A model generated the notes under the pieces. It did no database searches and had not been told where the DNA came from. It worked only from the letters and a program-made list of their open reading frames with translations. A DNA stretch of 64,000 bases from Bugula neritina (taxonomy: Eukaryota; Animalia; Bryozoa), in assembly GCA_964035545.1 (NCBI GenBank), contig OZ037772.1, forward strand, positions 7,548,889 through 7,612,888. Direction: 5' to 3'. This document shows positions 40,401 to 54,125 of this stretch, piece after piece; within the stretch, counting starts at the first letter, position 1; each line of letters opens with the position of its first letter. Made by a program: the position numbers and the translations under genes.

Positions 40401-42385
40401 ATACAGTTAGGGTTGACATTAAAACACGGCAATTTCTAGCAGTAATTTGCATTCTAAATCAATTTTTTCATGCAAAAGGTTTTAGAAGCTAGGAGTTATG
40501 AGAAAGAATAATATAATGTAATAATTTTGATTGAAAAGTTTTAACAAATGCAGGTCTGAATTTTTATTTAAATCCGCTCCTTTTAGACTTTGTTCTGAAC
40601 AAAGGATATTAAATACTGTAGCTATTAGATAAGAATTTAGTCTTGTAAGTATTTTGAAAGCATAATTGTCTTCTCACTCAATTTCAGCTCATATTATAAA
40701 TTTATCAATCTTCATTATAAAGACATAATTGTCTTCTCATTAAATAATAGTCTATTACAACTTTATTGCTACCATAATATAATATCATTTTGTAAAATGT
40801 TTTTATTTTCATAGCATTTTTTGCTTAGTATTATAAAATTTTATGCTGCATTGTATATAGCCTACATATGCATATAATGAGCTGCATGTAGTAGACGAAA
40901 AGAAATATCGCAATTATATAAAAGATGTAGAAATTATTTGTAGAATATAAACAAATGCAAAATAATTTAACAAACATATAACTTTACGAACCTCAGCATT
41001 TAAATTTAGTTTGCGGCAAGAATAATTTTTTGCTTGTAAAAAATTAAGTAAAAGATACCAACAATTTTGTTTCTTGTTTTTAATGTTATATTTGTTAACA
41101 TTGTAGATGTGCCTGTATTACACTATATTGAGTTCTGATTATTTTGGTTTAACATTGTAAATAACATATTGTGCAGTATATACAAAATGAGCACATATAT
41201 AAAACATATACTCATAGTGAAAGTATAAGTTCTAATTTTTTTTGCAAATTCATGCATATACTATTTGAAATATATGCATACAACTTGGTGTTTCTGATTT
41301 GTACATGAACAATTTTATTGCTAAATGCTAAGTAATTATTTAAATTTTTCTACAACAAATTCGTCGACATGTTTTATATACCATCTTTTAGCAAACACTT
41401 GCAACACTCCTATGCAATTACATATAACTGTAGCTATAGTAAGCTGTTCATAAAATAGCAACTATTATGAGTGCTGCATTTTTACACACACACTCACACA
41501 CGCACACACACATGAAGAAAAGCAAGCATATAGTTTACTGTCATGAGTTACTTGCAAAAATAAGTTGAAATATATGTTGAAGACTTCATACATTAATACA
41601 AATGGTATACTCTCAGACAGAGGAGCGATTTAGTGCACATGCTCTTAGGAGTTGCATTATCACCTTCTTTCTTGGTGTCATCAAAAATATGGCATTGAAA
41701 GAAGACAATCACTGCTTTGTGGTTTACATATTTGTATTCCTTTTAAAACGTAGTTGAAAAATATATATACATATTTTCTAACTTGAAAAAATGCTCTATG
41801 TAGCTGCTTATATTTTAAAAGAAATTTTAGGTAGCAAAAGTAAGGAATTTTTGACATATTTACTGCAGGGGTGTGATAAACAAATGGACATAACATGCTT
41901 GTTTTAAAGCTAAAATATGATGTAACAGAATTAAAATATATATATATATGCCTATATACATAATGAATGTCATTTCACTATATAACAAGAAGAAATAGGC
42001 TGCTATTTTTACACTTCTGTGCAGTAATTTAAAAGCTTTGATAGCTTAACCTTCTTCATCTGGATAACAAATTTTAGCGTGGGGTGCGGTTAATAAAAAT
42101 GTAATCACAAGAACATGTACATAACTTAATTTCTCCATTATTGCACCAACTATCAATATTTACTTAATAACTAAACCCTATATTTAGCCCAGTGTTCAGT
42201 ATCTAACTAATATGTATGTACTATATACACTGTCCACCTGTTGAGTGTTATTTAAAAAGTGAAAGAAATTCTACAACTATAGTCATATTTGACCCATCAC
42301 TATTATTACACATATCAATGTGTAAAATTAGTAAAAATAATTTAGTGGAAGTATTTGACAAGAATGCAAGATTGCAAAAAATTTA

Positions 42386-42460
42386 GCTGACTGCGAGGAT
42401 TGAACCCATACCCAACGAGTGCAAAGGAAACGCGGTTTACCACGAAGCCAATGCATCATC
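42386..42460 (-). mobile_element. tRNA-like sequence (probable SINE head or pseudo-tRNA) nested in the transposon
   Basis: Minus strand has TGGCTTCGTGGTAA (A box) and GGTTCAATCC (B box) at tRNA spacing, but poor acceptor-stem pairing. Confidence 0.5.
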
Positions 42461-44456
42461 TTAGGAAGAATGCCAATACATAAGGGATTATACTATAATG
42501 ATATAAACAACAGCTAGAAAAATGAGTGGGTTATATTCCATCAGGGTGTTTACTAGCAGTGGATTGCCATCTTGTTTTAAAATTGGCCTATGACTCTGTT
42601 GCTACTTGCAAAGGTATCTTGATTAAATAAACCAACGGTTAAAAATAAACTGTAGTTTGTATATTATTACTAAGGCACAGCCAGCGGTCAGAGCTATGGT
42701 ATATAAATATACACTGATGTACTAGGACCTAGGTAATAGATTGACAAGTCAAATTATCTTTTATAGGTAAACACACTTTGGTTTGAGAAAACATGCATGC
42801 AGCCTTAATTTTAGGTTTACGTCCGCAAATCATGAAAAGATCTAAACTAATATTAGAGGTAAATTTTAAAAATTAAATTAGTTTTACTTATTTTTACAAT
42901 AACAAATTTTTTGGAGAAAATAAGTTGCTTCCTTTTTGTTGCAATGATATTCAACTTGCTTGAGCTATGGCCATCAGTGATGAAATTTGAAACCCTGATT
43001 GTTTTGAGATAACTTTGTGACTTGTTATACATTTTTGCATATCTTTACCAACATATTACTTGATTCATGATAGTTTTCACATTGCAATTTATGGCATCAG
43101 TTGAGACTTGCACTCTGACAAAATATTAACAAAGCCAAACATATGGCCACACTACAGTGAAAGCTGGTTGGTTATATTAATTGTGGCTGCACTAGTCATG
43201 GTCCTAGCAGTTGGCCTACCATGGTATTGCCAGGTGCGAGCAAGCTTACAAGCATTTATATAGCTATAGCTAAACTGATAAGCTTACAAAACATGTTGGC
43301 TAACATTATGCAGTTCACAATAGGCATATGGAAAACAAAGATGGTCAAAGGGTAATGATATTGTGGTTGACATAATATGTTAACTATAAATAGTTCACGA
43401 ATGCAGTTCCATTAGGCCTACTGGATTACCACTTATTTGCACTAACAGAATGTGTTACAAACGGGCCAGCAGGCAACTAAACCGTGTAATGCACAACTAT
43501 TGACGTTATGCTATGTCATTATGCTCTGAAGTACGTTCTGTCATGGCTGAAAGTCACACTACTCTACACTTGCAGTAGCAATTCGTTTACTACTTCCATC
43601 ACCAACACTTGCATTTTTATAGGGGCCAAATTCCTGTACCAAATGGTGTGCTATTCTTTCAAAACAGAGTACTATAAATATTATTTTGCTCATAGATTTT
43701 AGCAGACAAAGAATTTATACTAAAGACTACCCTATAGAAATTCTATTTAAGAAAAAACTTCAATCCTAAAATACTACCTATTGACTTATACAGCTGAACA
43801 GAAAAAGAAGTAACCGCAGTTCGAGTATTTAGCATATCTGAGCCACAATTCAAAAATAAATAGAAGCATAGCACATGTGCATAGTTAATATCATATTATA
43901 ATAGTTCATATAGTTTGTTTGCCTTTGACAGCATATTGAATATAATTTCTCTACTTGGCTGTAGGTAAGCCCTGCAGTTTTTGTTTTTATCTTAATTTAC
44001 AATGAAAGAATAACTTGAAAAATGCAACCAAAAACTTATTATTGAAAAAAGGCTTTTAACTACTCTGCTAACTATGGCTTTTAATTGTCAATAAATGACC
44101 CTTTTAATCTAACTATTGCATGGTGCTGAGACGACTGATAATTATGTGTAAAAATGTGTGCAGGTGGGATTAATTAGCTGAGAAACTTTATTAACCTAAG
44201 CTCTTAAACTACAAGAGCGTTGATTAGGGGTGCATGGTAAAACGAAAGTTATTTCACTGCTTTTCCTCTATAAAACTGAAGCCTTTCCAAATATATTTTT
44301 ATTGCACCAGCTGGTACAATCTAAAAATAAAATCAAGCTGAACAATCAAATTAAAAGAATAGGCGTTTTATATCTTAACTTGTTGAAATGGTGCAGTAAA
44401 ATTTGTTTGTTGCCTTTTAGGTAAATATTCACCAGGGCTGACATTGACTTCTTTAT

Positions 44457-44619
44457 CACTGCGTTTCCATGACTTCGCATAATGCGAATGAATTCTGTAC
44501 GGATTATTTGCGGTTTGTGGTTTGCATTAACTTATAGTTGCGTTTCATCGGATGTAACTTAGTTCCCATTAGCCGAATGAAAAAATCCATTCGCATAATG
44601 CGATAATGGAAACGCAGTG
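44457..44619. mobile_element. Small (about 163 bp) inverted-repeat element
   Basis: CACTGCGTTTCCAT...ATGGAAACGCAGTG termini with internal TTCGCATAATGCGA palindromes. Confidence 0.65.
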
Positions 44620-45604
44620 TACTTCGCTTCTATGACTGAGCATTTTGTGAATTTGTAGTTGCAGTAACTCATCAGTTGTGGTTTCCTTCGTTATGTAATT
44701 AGTTCCATGAGGTGATGAGAAATCCATTTCGGAATGAGAATGATGAATTGCAGTGCATGTAGGCTGCAGCTTCCAATTTTCTTAAATCAACCATTAGGCT
44801 ATGTGTACAAAAAAAGGCAAAATACTTTGCTGTGGCCAACAGTCTGAAAAATACCAGCTAGCACTGAATAAAGCACAATAAGTATAGCTTATTTGCAATG
44901 CAATGTTGAGTTTTAGAAAGGTCTCAAGTTAGTGTTATTTTCTCACCACTCATGTGGAAAATTTACCAATACTCCCTATTGCTAAGACTTTGTGCTATGC
45001 ATCTAATTACTAAGGTGTGAGTTTTTAGAACCAATACTAGAATGTAACTCCTTGCGATTATGTGGGAGAGAGATGACATATTTGTTGTCAGTCAATATAT
45101 ATTGTAGGCTTGCCTATTACAGAGCTCAAGCCTAGCTCTTTACAATAAAAAGTACAAAGGTATGAAAGAACAATAGTATGACAACAGAACCATGCGGTAT
45201 CGTAACAATCAGGATGCAAATCATCTTGATTATATAGCTAGATGCTTTTCTTCTCTAACGTAGATGTTCTTGTCAATAGTGAAGCTGCACTTAAACTCAA
45301 ATGGCCACTTTCTTTTAGACCTGTAAAAGCAAAATATATTTCAACAGTCAAACTAAATAAGTTGAGGCGATGGTTTCATTGAAGTGACACATAGCAACAG
45401 AGTATGCAAAACAGGGGTAGAAAAAGAAATAGGGTAAGGCTCCATCAAGAAGACGCCAACAAAATTGAAAATGCTGATATAAAATGTGCATTTGACTGAC
45501 AATGTCTTTTGGCAATAAATTATGACTGCAGACAGCCCCTAGTTCTTAGTACCTAGAGGATCAATTAGGTTTCATGGAGATGAGTTGTGCTACATAAGCA
45601 ATGA

Positions 45605-46109
45605 GGGTAACTAGTCAATATTCTGAATGCCCACTGCTCCGAAGGTCCATTAGTCCGAAAATTAGTACACACAGGCATCCTCAATGAGAATATCATTAAT
45701 TTCACTCACAATTCAGTTTAAGTTCTAGCTATGTTATTGCTCTGTGGGTGGCATGTGTGTTGCCTACTTGCTACATCATCTATCAACATGATTATGCGTA
45801 CGGTACATTATTAATTACAGGCTTGCGAGGTGACAGGCTAATGAATAGCTTGGTGTGTACTTTGTTTATGGAGCAGCCATAATGGAATGTTGATAAACGA
45901 TACAGCCCTTATTGATCATAGTGTAATCTCAGGCTAAACAATCACAAATAGGCAACACGCATGCCACCCACAGATCAATAATATAGCAAGAACTTAAACT
46001 GAATTGTGAGTGATATTAATGATATTCTCAGTGAGGATGCCTGTGTGTACTAATTTTCGGACTAATGGACCTTCGGAGCAATGGGCCTTCGGAATATTGC
46101 TTCGTTCCC
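45605..46109. mobile_element. Foldback MITE with about 165-bp arms nested in the transposon
   Basis: 45616-45770 is the reverse complement of 45948-46099; 15-bp subterminal repeats; flanks AGCAATGA / AGAAATGA resemble a decayed TSD. Confidence 0.8.
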
Positions 46110-48278
46110 AGAAATGAAGGGATCTGAGACAGGGCGGCAGTAAATGCAGTAACTATATTTGTGGGAAAGAGAAGGCTGGAATAATATGGGCACCTATGCA
46201 GCAGAGAACAATAAAACAAGAAGGGAATCAGCTACATCAGTGTGAAACTCCAGAAAAAGGGAGCAAGACCAAAACATTTAAACATGGGGGTTAAAAATCA
46301 AAAGAGATCATAGATTAGTGCAGAACACTGCGACCTAAAAGAATACAGTGAAGAATAGGAGGATGGCAAAATTAAGTAAAACAATGAGTATGAGAGTGAC
46401 ACCACTTGTGAAGCCGAAGTTCTATTTCTTTTAATTAATTGGTGAAAAAATATAATAGCAACTTTTATGACAGTCTTGTAGATTGGCTGTGTGATGAGGT
46501 GACTTGAATACAGCAGCCATGAGTAAAACCTGGCTGCAAATTAAAGCAGAAGGTGAACATTTTATGTATAATATAAGAGATATATTCAAAAATTGAAATT
46601 ACCATAAAAACTGTAGTCCTTGTCTGATAGTCAAAATAAATTGGCTGCCATCCATAATTTCATCATTCATAATTTCATCTTGATTACACTGCAAAACAAA
46701 ATGAAGTATTTTGTTGATCACATGTATGAGTTTGAAATGAACTATGGTAACAAATATTAACATAATATTTCCTTGCATTTAGTGCATTTTTTAGTTAAGT
46801 AACTAGTCTGAATACTTCACATTGCAGTTTAATTTTCTAAACCAAACATACATTGATGAGCCTGAACTGAACAAGTGTTAGGTCAGCTTGACTAAAATAT
46901 AACCATAAATACCATCAATATAAATTAGGGGTTTGTTGATTAAAATATAGTAAAGTAACAGAGTAAAATTAAAACAACCCTGAACAATAGCGTAGTAAAA
47001 GTGTACATTCAGGACTCCACACTTGAGGAGTATAGGAGAATGACAAAAATCAAGTTCAACCATATGAAAAACTAGGAAACATACTGACATCATGTCCAAA
47101 TATTCTTCCAACTGTCAAACATTTTAAACACTTAAGAAGAAAAATACCTCAAAATTGTGTGCATTATTTTTAGGTCTTCAAAGTTAATGCTTGTTCATGA
47201 AGATAAAGAAAAAAACTGAGAAACTGATTATTCATGTAAAAGTAAATGTAATAATTTGACTATGTTCTGTAGTAAAAAAATTATGATGACTTCTTTTTCT
47301 AATATGTGTAAAGAGATAATATACTAGGTAAGCAATGCAGGGCTTTTTAATCATTTAAATTTGTGCTCAAAGTATATTATATTACCACTAAGCCTTAAGA
47401 TATGCAATTTATTTTTAGATCATCTGTTATCATAATAGACTTTTAATTTTGTACAAATGATTTACCTGGACAAGCAAAACAAAGTCTTTCCATTACATCT
47501 TCTATGTCAGCATTTTTCAGCTTCACCACAACAGCCATCGAGTAGTTCATTTTAAACTAAAAAGAAATAATTAATTTAGGAAATACAATGATTGCCTATG
47601 TAAAAAGTGACAATGTATGCACGTATGGCATCTGAAGCCACATTTAACTAACTATTCAACTTGCTAATATCATTTTTAAATACGTTTTTGAAAATGGAAT
47701 TAAGACAGTTATGAAAAAAAATTGATAACAATAAGAATATATGTTGAATTAGGTAATCATAGGTAGCAACTATAATAATCATAGTGAAAGAAATAATTTC
47801 GAAGGGTGATGAAGTAATTCAACAGAATAAAAACTATGATGCGACTTTTAATTGTCACAATAAGAACTTTGGACAAAAAAAAACTTTCAGGCTTTGAGTT
47901 ATATATAAATAAAACCCTTTGGAATTTTTTGAAAAATAGTCTTACGAGACATAATAATACATAGTTAAGTTTTAGATTTTTACAACACACTATGACTCAT
48001 AATTAGTTAATAAAATATTCTTTTGTAACTGCATAGTGCATATAACATCTATTTGAATCAATTTGATGGAGTTTGTGAAATTTCTTGTTTGAAAATTACA
48101 AAAACTGGCGGCATGTTCGAGTTGTTGAAAATAGCAAAAAACAAGTAGTAAACAAAGTTAAATAACATTTGCAAAACCTTATACAATGTGCTGTTAAATG
48201 CTTGGACAGATACTATCTTGAATAAGATTAATGCAAGCTTAAAAAAACTTTAAAGTTGAAAGGCATATATTTTGTTAC

Positions 48279-49134
48279 CATCATAATTCATATGCTGTGT
48301 AATCAAGCCACATCTTGAGATATAAATATTTTTCTGCTCCGTGGTCTCTTCAGTACTTAGACCTATGCCTTGCCACACTCTACCACTGCACTTAGCCTTC
48401 AATCATAAATCACGATGACATGCAGTGTAAATGTTGCAGCTGTGGCCTGGTGAATAAGGATATTTTCCAACCACAATTTTTAACAAAACAAAACAAGTTC
48501 TCACCTAAAAAACTAGAAATCAAATATAAAGAAAAATAATTGATTTTTAGTTTGATTATATGGTTTAAACCTGCATTTGCATAGGGGTAGTTGAAGTCTA
48601 AACATTCACCAGATTCGCATACATTATTTTCAATATTTCATGTTACCTAAAACTAAAATATATCTAATACTAAAACATCTATTAAAGTGTAGTAACTGAC
48701 ATGTTCAAATGTGTGCCTTAGCGAACATCACACTCAAAAAGTAATCGTGAGAGGAAACAAGCTTTGCTTGCATTTTAGAAGTCAAGAGAAGTACCGTCAC
48801 CTTACATTGGTAGCAACAGATTGTGTACCAAGAAATTGTTTCTAAAACTCCAAAAAAATATAATTAAAACGTTGAAGATTCTACAGGCAAAAAGTTCTGA
48901 ATAGATTTTTATAAGCAGAGGACAAATTAAATTTTGCAAATAATTTCAAGCACAAATAGTCACTAAACAAACTTTATATGCATATAAATAAAAGCCAGCA
49001 ATACATTAATTAACTTACTTGCATTATATAAGGATAAGCACAGATCTCCCTCTCTCCATATCCAATGCCTTACATATAAGTGCCTGAAACCGTCTTTGCA
49101 GCTTTCCATTCAATTCCTCCACAGTGGTCACCAA
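48279..49134 (-). pseudogene. Decayed KDZ transposase core exons (about 49134-49019 and 48504-48279)
   Basis: Minus-strand translations: HCGGIEWKAAKTVS, ICKALDMERG/EICAYPYIMQ (frameshifted) and SGRVWQGIGLSTEETTEQKNIYISRCGLITQHM. These match my recollection of metazoan KDZ motifs CG...W.AA.E, ALNM.RGE.FAYP and G.G...GE..EQ.NSYLSR...TK.M. Stops, frameshifts and an apparent deletion of the CRHG segment are present. Confidence 0.72.
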
Positions 49135-50469
49135 CTGAAATATTCTGAAAAATTAAATAATAATTTAACGTACCCATACAATTCTTATTTGTTTGCTCAT
49201 ATTGAAAACAAAAAAGATGAAAAAATAAAACAAGACATGTGACCATCGAACAATAGTTGGTAAATAGTATTGTATTGTAAATCATACGCAATCATTATCA
49301 AGAGTCTATAAAAATCATTCCAAACAGATAACTTTTAAGTTGTAGTCAGCAGCTCATATGAACAGAGTTGTCATTGTGAACATTTCAATAATGAAAAGGA
49401 TATTTATATTCCCATTGAACTTAAATACCCATATTATAAGTACATCTAATAACGCAGCAAACTCCCTTTTAAAATCACATTAATATAGCATCAGCAAAAG
49501 AACACTAAATGGCAAAAGCAGTTTGAAAACCAATTTCAGATTGAAAATTTAATTGATCAAATATTGCTTTTTTATTTAGATTAAGACTCATTGCGGTAAA
49601 CAAGCAAGAAAACTTTGTGATATGGATAAGAAAGGTTTTAAAACAAAAGCCATGATTTTCAAAAAGTCTGCACCACACTTAATATCAACACCATCCTAGA
49701 TGCTACACCAGAGCAACGAATAATTAAAACAGTATACCTTGGAGAGTTAATAACTGATATTGCATGGTTAAAATGAACAAGAAATAAAGAGAAGAAATGA
49801 ACTGGCAAAAAATGCTTTCCAGGATATTTCTTAAGTATATTGACATTAGAAAAATCAAAATACAAACACGAGAAAAATTACTATGCAAAAAATTCTTCCC
49901 CATATAACAAGCAGATATTATTAGTTATTTATCAGTAATGCATCTACTAGGCATAGACTCACAAGGTTTCATAGTTGATTGTAAGAACAAGGTCGGCAAA
50001 GGTTTTTGGATGTTGCAATAAAGATAAAACTCAAACCTTAGTGTGTTAGGATAAATGAGCAAAGACTCTACCTATGCTACCAGAAGCAGCAACTGGTCCC
50101 AAAAAGTGGAGTAAAACTTTACACTTTTAATGATGATGTTTTATGATCATTATTATTAAAAAAATGTATATCATACTGATAAAACTATAGCGGTAAATGT
50201 GAAACATATAATTCATATCAATATTCACACCGTATAAGAGTATTTACTTAAAATGGCTTATTCATTTGGAATTGTAACAATACTCACAAGTAACAGAACA
50301 CGTACCAATAAAATAACAATCACTGTAAAAAATGAGTATTTAACACCATAAAAACCTAAAGCATTGATACTTGTGGTACATCTAGTACTAAAGCACTTAC
50401 AGACTTACAGTGGTAGTCTGTTATCACTAAATCTAATGATTTTCACAGTTCTCAATCAAGGTATTAGAC

Positions 50470-52330
50470 ACCATAACTACTAGTGGGCCTACTAGTACTA
50501 CTACTACTAGTACTAGTAACTAGAGTACTACTACTACTAGTACTACTACTGTACTAGTAGTAATAATAATTTATATCAAAAATGAGCACATTGTGATTGT
50601 TTTACTAATAATATTCTCAACCTAATAGCAATAGTACCAACCTGATCCGTAATGGGTTTTCCTGAAGAATGGAACTAGATTGTAATTACCGACATGTGTA
50701 TACATACTAAATTAGTCTCTAATAATATATTATTATGAAATTTATGATTATCGCCCCATTTGCGGAGTAGTCAGGCCGAGTTTATTATGAACACAAGAGT
50801 CGAGTAAATTTGCGCAGATAAATTACTGGCCACCATGATAGACCAGACCTGTTTTGACCGAATATCGGTTCTACTTGAACACTAGAATCGCCCCCAAGGT
50901 CCAATGCCTAATTGAGTCCGCGGCTCCTTTGGTCAAATGACCCAAAGATTCAATTTCAATTTTGAATACCATAGGCGTGCTCAAACTTATAGTTATAGGC
51001 TAGGGCATATGCATGGTTATTATTGGAAAATAGATTAATAATTAGTAATACTAATACTAATAGTAATACGAATGCACTAATGGTAATAGTTATAATGTCA
51101 CGATTAGACTTTACATTTGCTCTTACTCTTAGTCTTAGTTATAATCATATTTATAAACATGAATATCGCTCTCACTCTGACTCACACTCTAAGTCTAAGT
51201 CTATCAGCATCACTATCAGTATCACTACCAATATGAATATAGCTATAACTATAAGTATTACTCAATCAGTTTCACTATGACTATGATAAAATCATAAAAT
51301 GATAAATAATCCACTAATACTTAGTGATAACAGTTACTGATTAGAGTGATCTTAAATTAGTAATCAGTATAGCTGTGAGTATAACTCACTGTAGTACTCT
51401 TAATCATAATCATAATGGTAGTGGTATGAGTATCACTATCAGTATGGGATCAACTAATACTAATAGTAATACTGTAAAGTGTAATACTAATACTAATACA
51501 GTATTACTAATAGTAATAGTAATAGTATCAAATCGAAATTAATCAATAGTAAATATAGTTATACTTAAACTTAAAGACTTATACTTATAGTAGTAATAGT
51601 TATACTTATAGTATTAGAACCTTATACTATGTCTATAGTCTATGACGGCATGACATACCCATAAATGGTGATGTCTAAGTCCTACTTCAAAGTAGCAGTT
51701 AAACTTAAAGTTTGATATTCTACTCTGTATAACCGAGACTGACTATCATACACCTTACATGTCATGCTGAGTATCATTATGATTATCACTTGAGGTTTAT
51801 GAGTATCACTTTCAGTAAGATAATCATACTATGACTATGAGTTATACTTATAGTCACACCCCGATACCCATACTTCTACTTCTAGTGATCTACTCTTACT
51901 CCTAGTTCTACGGGCAAGGCTACTCACTCATACTCATAGTCATAGTAACTGATAGTGGTGTAACCTAAACTAATACTATAACCAATGCCAAAAGACAAGG
52001 TAAAGCTAAAATTAAAAATAGAAACCAAAGGGTCATAAATCATATATGTAATGGTGTTTTAGTTTATGATTGTTTATGTTCATTTTATGTTTATTCTACC
52101 AAGTACCAACTCATCAGTCACTTAGTTTTATAGTGATAATTATACTTACACTTATAGCCTACACCCTATAGCTTATTTAATTTTGACTTTACCTTGCCCT
52201 TTGGCAGTGATTTAGTTTTAATTAAATTGTTATATTTAATGTTTTTCATGAACTTTATGAAATTTTATTGATAAGATATCATATAGTAATAGTGATAATT
52301 GTATCATAATGATGATATTGATATATAAAA
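50470..52330. repeat. Degenerate (AGT/ACT/AAT)-based low-complexity tract with hexamer-like periodicity
   Basis: Runs of TAGTAA/TACTAA/TATGAC/CATACT variants alternating between strands. Confidence 0.65.
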
Positions 52331-52402
52331 CATTATGACCATCAATGTATCACTGTGAATGTAATAATTTTTATATAAGTAAATTAATTTACTATTAAAT
52401 AA

Positions 52403-52531
52403 AACTTGTGCAAGTTTATAGTTGGCATCCCTGTGAGAAACCCCTGATGGGAAAGGTTTTTTGTTAAATGGGGCTAAGCAATTATTTGGTTGGAGCATAG
52501 GAGTAATTATGACTGGATGCTTTTCCTAACA
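52403..52531 (-). mobile_element. 5'-truncated copy of the tRNA-derived SINE, nested in the transposon
   Basis: Reverse complement of the 3' body of 9703-9914 (CCCTGTGAGAAACCCCTGAT...TTATGACTGGATGCTTTTCCTAAC). Confidence 0.78.
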
Positions 52532-53574
52532 AATGACAGTAATGAAAAATTGAATATGATTGTTATCTAATCATTATGTAAGGTTAACCTTTATGTTAGG
52601 AATCTCAATAGCACGAGCATACAATTCAATCATCGCCATGTTGGCTGTGATTTTCTTAATCATACTTATTAAGCTTGCAGTTTTTGATATTTGATAGATA
52701 TAGTATTCATAATAATAGTCACTTAAATTTGATGGTAATATTGATCAATAAATTTTAAGTACACTGACTAAATCTAATGATTAGTGGTAATGAAACTAAC
52801 GACACTCAAACTGATTTGCCTCAAGACTGAACTATGTTTTCTAAGTGATGACAGGCTAAGATTAAGTTTAATAATAGGGCAGTAGTACATGTAACTAAAA
52901 GTATAAGCTAAAGTATACAACCATAAGTGAGTAACCATGATGTTATCTCGACCAACGCAATCTCAATACCAATACCTGATTTATTGAAAATGTTACTATA
53001 TATTTGAGTATGAGTATGTAACTGTATTAATATGATAAAACTTATACAGTTATGCACATAGTGCTAGTGAAAGTATCTCAAACCGTTGCAAAATCCAACT
53101 TTATTCAAAACTTTGCTACAAATACTTGAGTTTTTATTTTAAGGTTGATCATAAAAAGTTAAAATTATTGTGAATAAATTAATTTTAACTGTTCATTTTA
53201 CTTCAACATTATCTTTTAATTTAATAAAGTTTTAATGAATATTAATTTATTTATTTTTCAACAAGTCACTGTTTTAATTAATATAGGTATAAGTTTAGGT
53301 ATCTAATAACTTTAACCATCATTATATTCATCATTTTTAATTTGTATGCCAATTGCTAAATTATAATACCTATACTGATATCACCACTGTTGAATTATTT
53401 TTCTTATTCACCTATGTTTGTAATACGGTTATTGCTTGTTAGTTAGTAGCATATATAACAACTATAGTAATAGCTATAACTACAAGCATATTTAATATGC
53501 TAAGGTATATTGAGAGATTGTCATAAATATCTCAGTGATCATATACATGACACCCTTAGCATTCATGTCTTGAA

Positions 53575-54125
53575 CATCTAGCCATAGCTCCCTTTATATT
53601 GTTTCCAGTGTTGAATGCCCATCCTGCAAGAATGCTTTGCCTCCATTTGAGAGGTGGTAAATTGATTGGATTTTATGTAAAATTCCTTAAGCTCTTGTTT
53701 CAGGACATCCTCAAACCTTAGATATAAGTTCTTCTAGCTGGATGAGTTCCTTTTGATATTAATGCATGCAATCGAGTGCGGCGGATGAGATACTTTGGCA
53801 TGTTGACCAGCCCAGTGAAGACAGAAGAAATTCAGTTTTGAAGAAAGAGAATCCGGGTCTGTGATTTCAAATACATCTTCATTTATCATTTTATCTTCCC
53901 AGATTTTACTCAACATGCATCTTAAACTCCAGGTATGAAAAGTGCTGAGCTTTGATTCTTGCAGTCCACATGTTGCCCATGTTTTTGATTCACAAGGAAG
54001 AATGCTGAGAACACCAACTGCGTAGACTTTTCTTTTGGCGTGAATATTAGGGTGTTTGTTTGTCCATATTTGCTAGTTCACAAAGCCGAATTATTTTGGT
54101 ATTTGTCATATCCTGCAGAGCCCAT
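53575..54125 (-). mobile_element. Decayed 3' fragment of a non-LTR retrotransposon (RTE-like C-terminal region)
   Basis: Minus strand reads IWEDKMINEDVF...LHWAGQH...RFEDVLKQELKEF, typical of the post-RT region of RTE-clade LINEs; frameshifted. Confidence 0.7.

Noticed and set aside
42386-42460. Functional tRNA gene
   Set aside because: A and B boxes are present but the cloverleaf stems pair poorly; more likely a SINE head.
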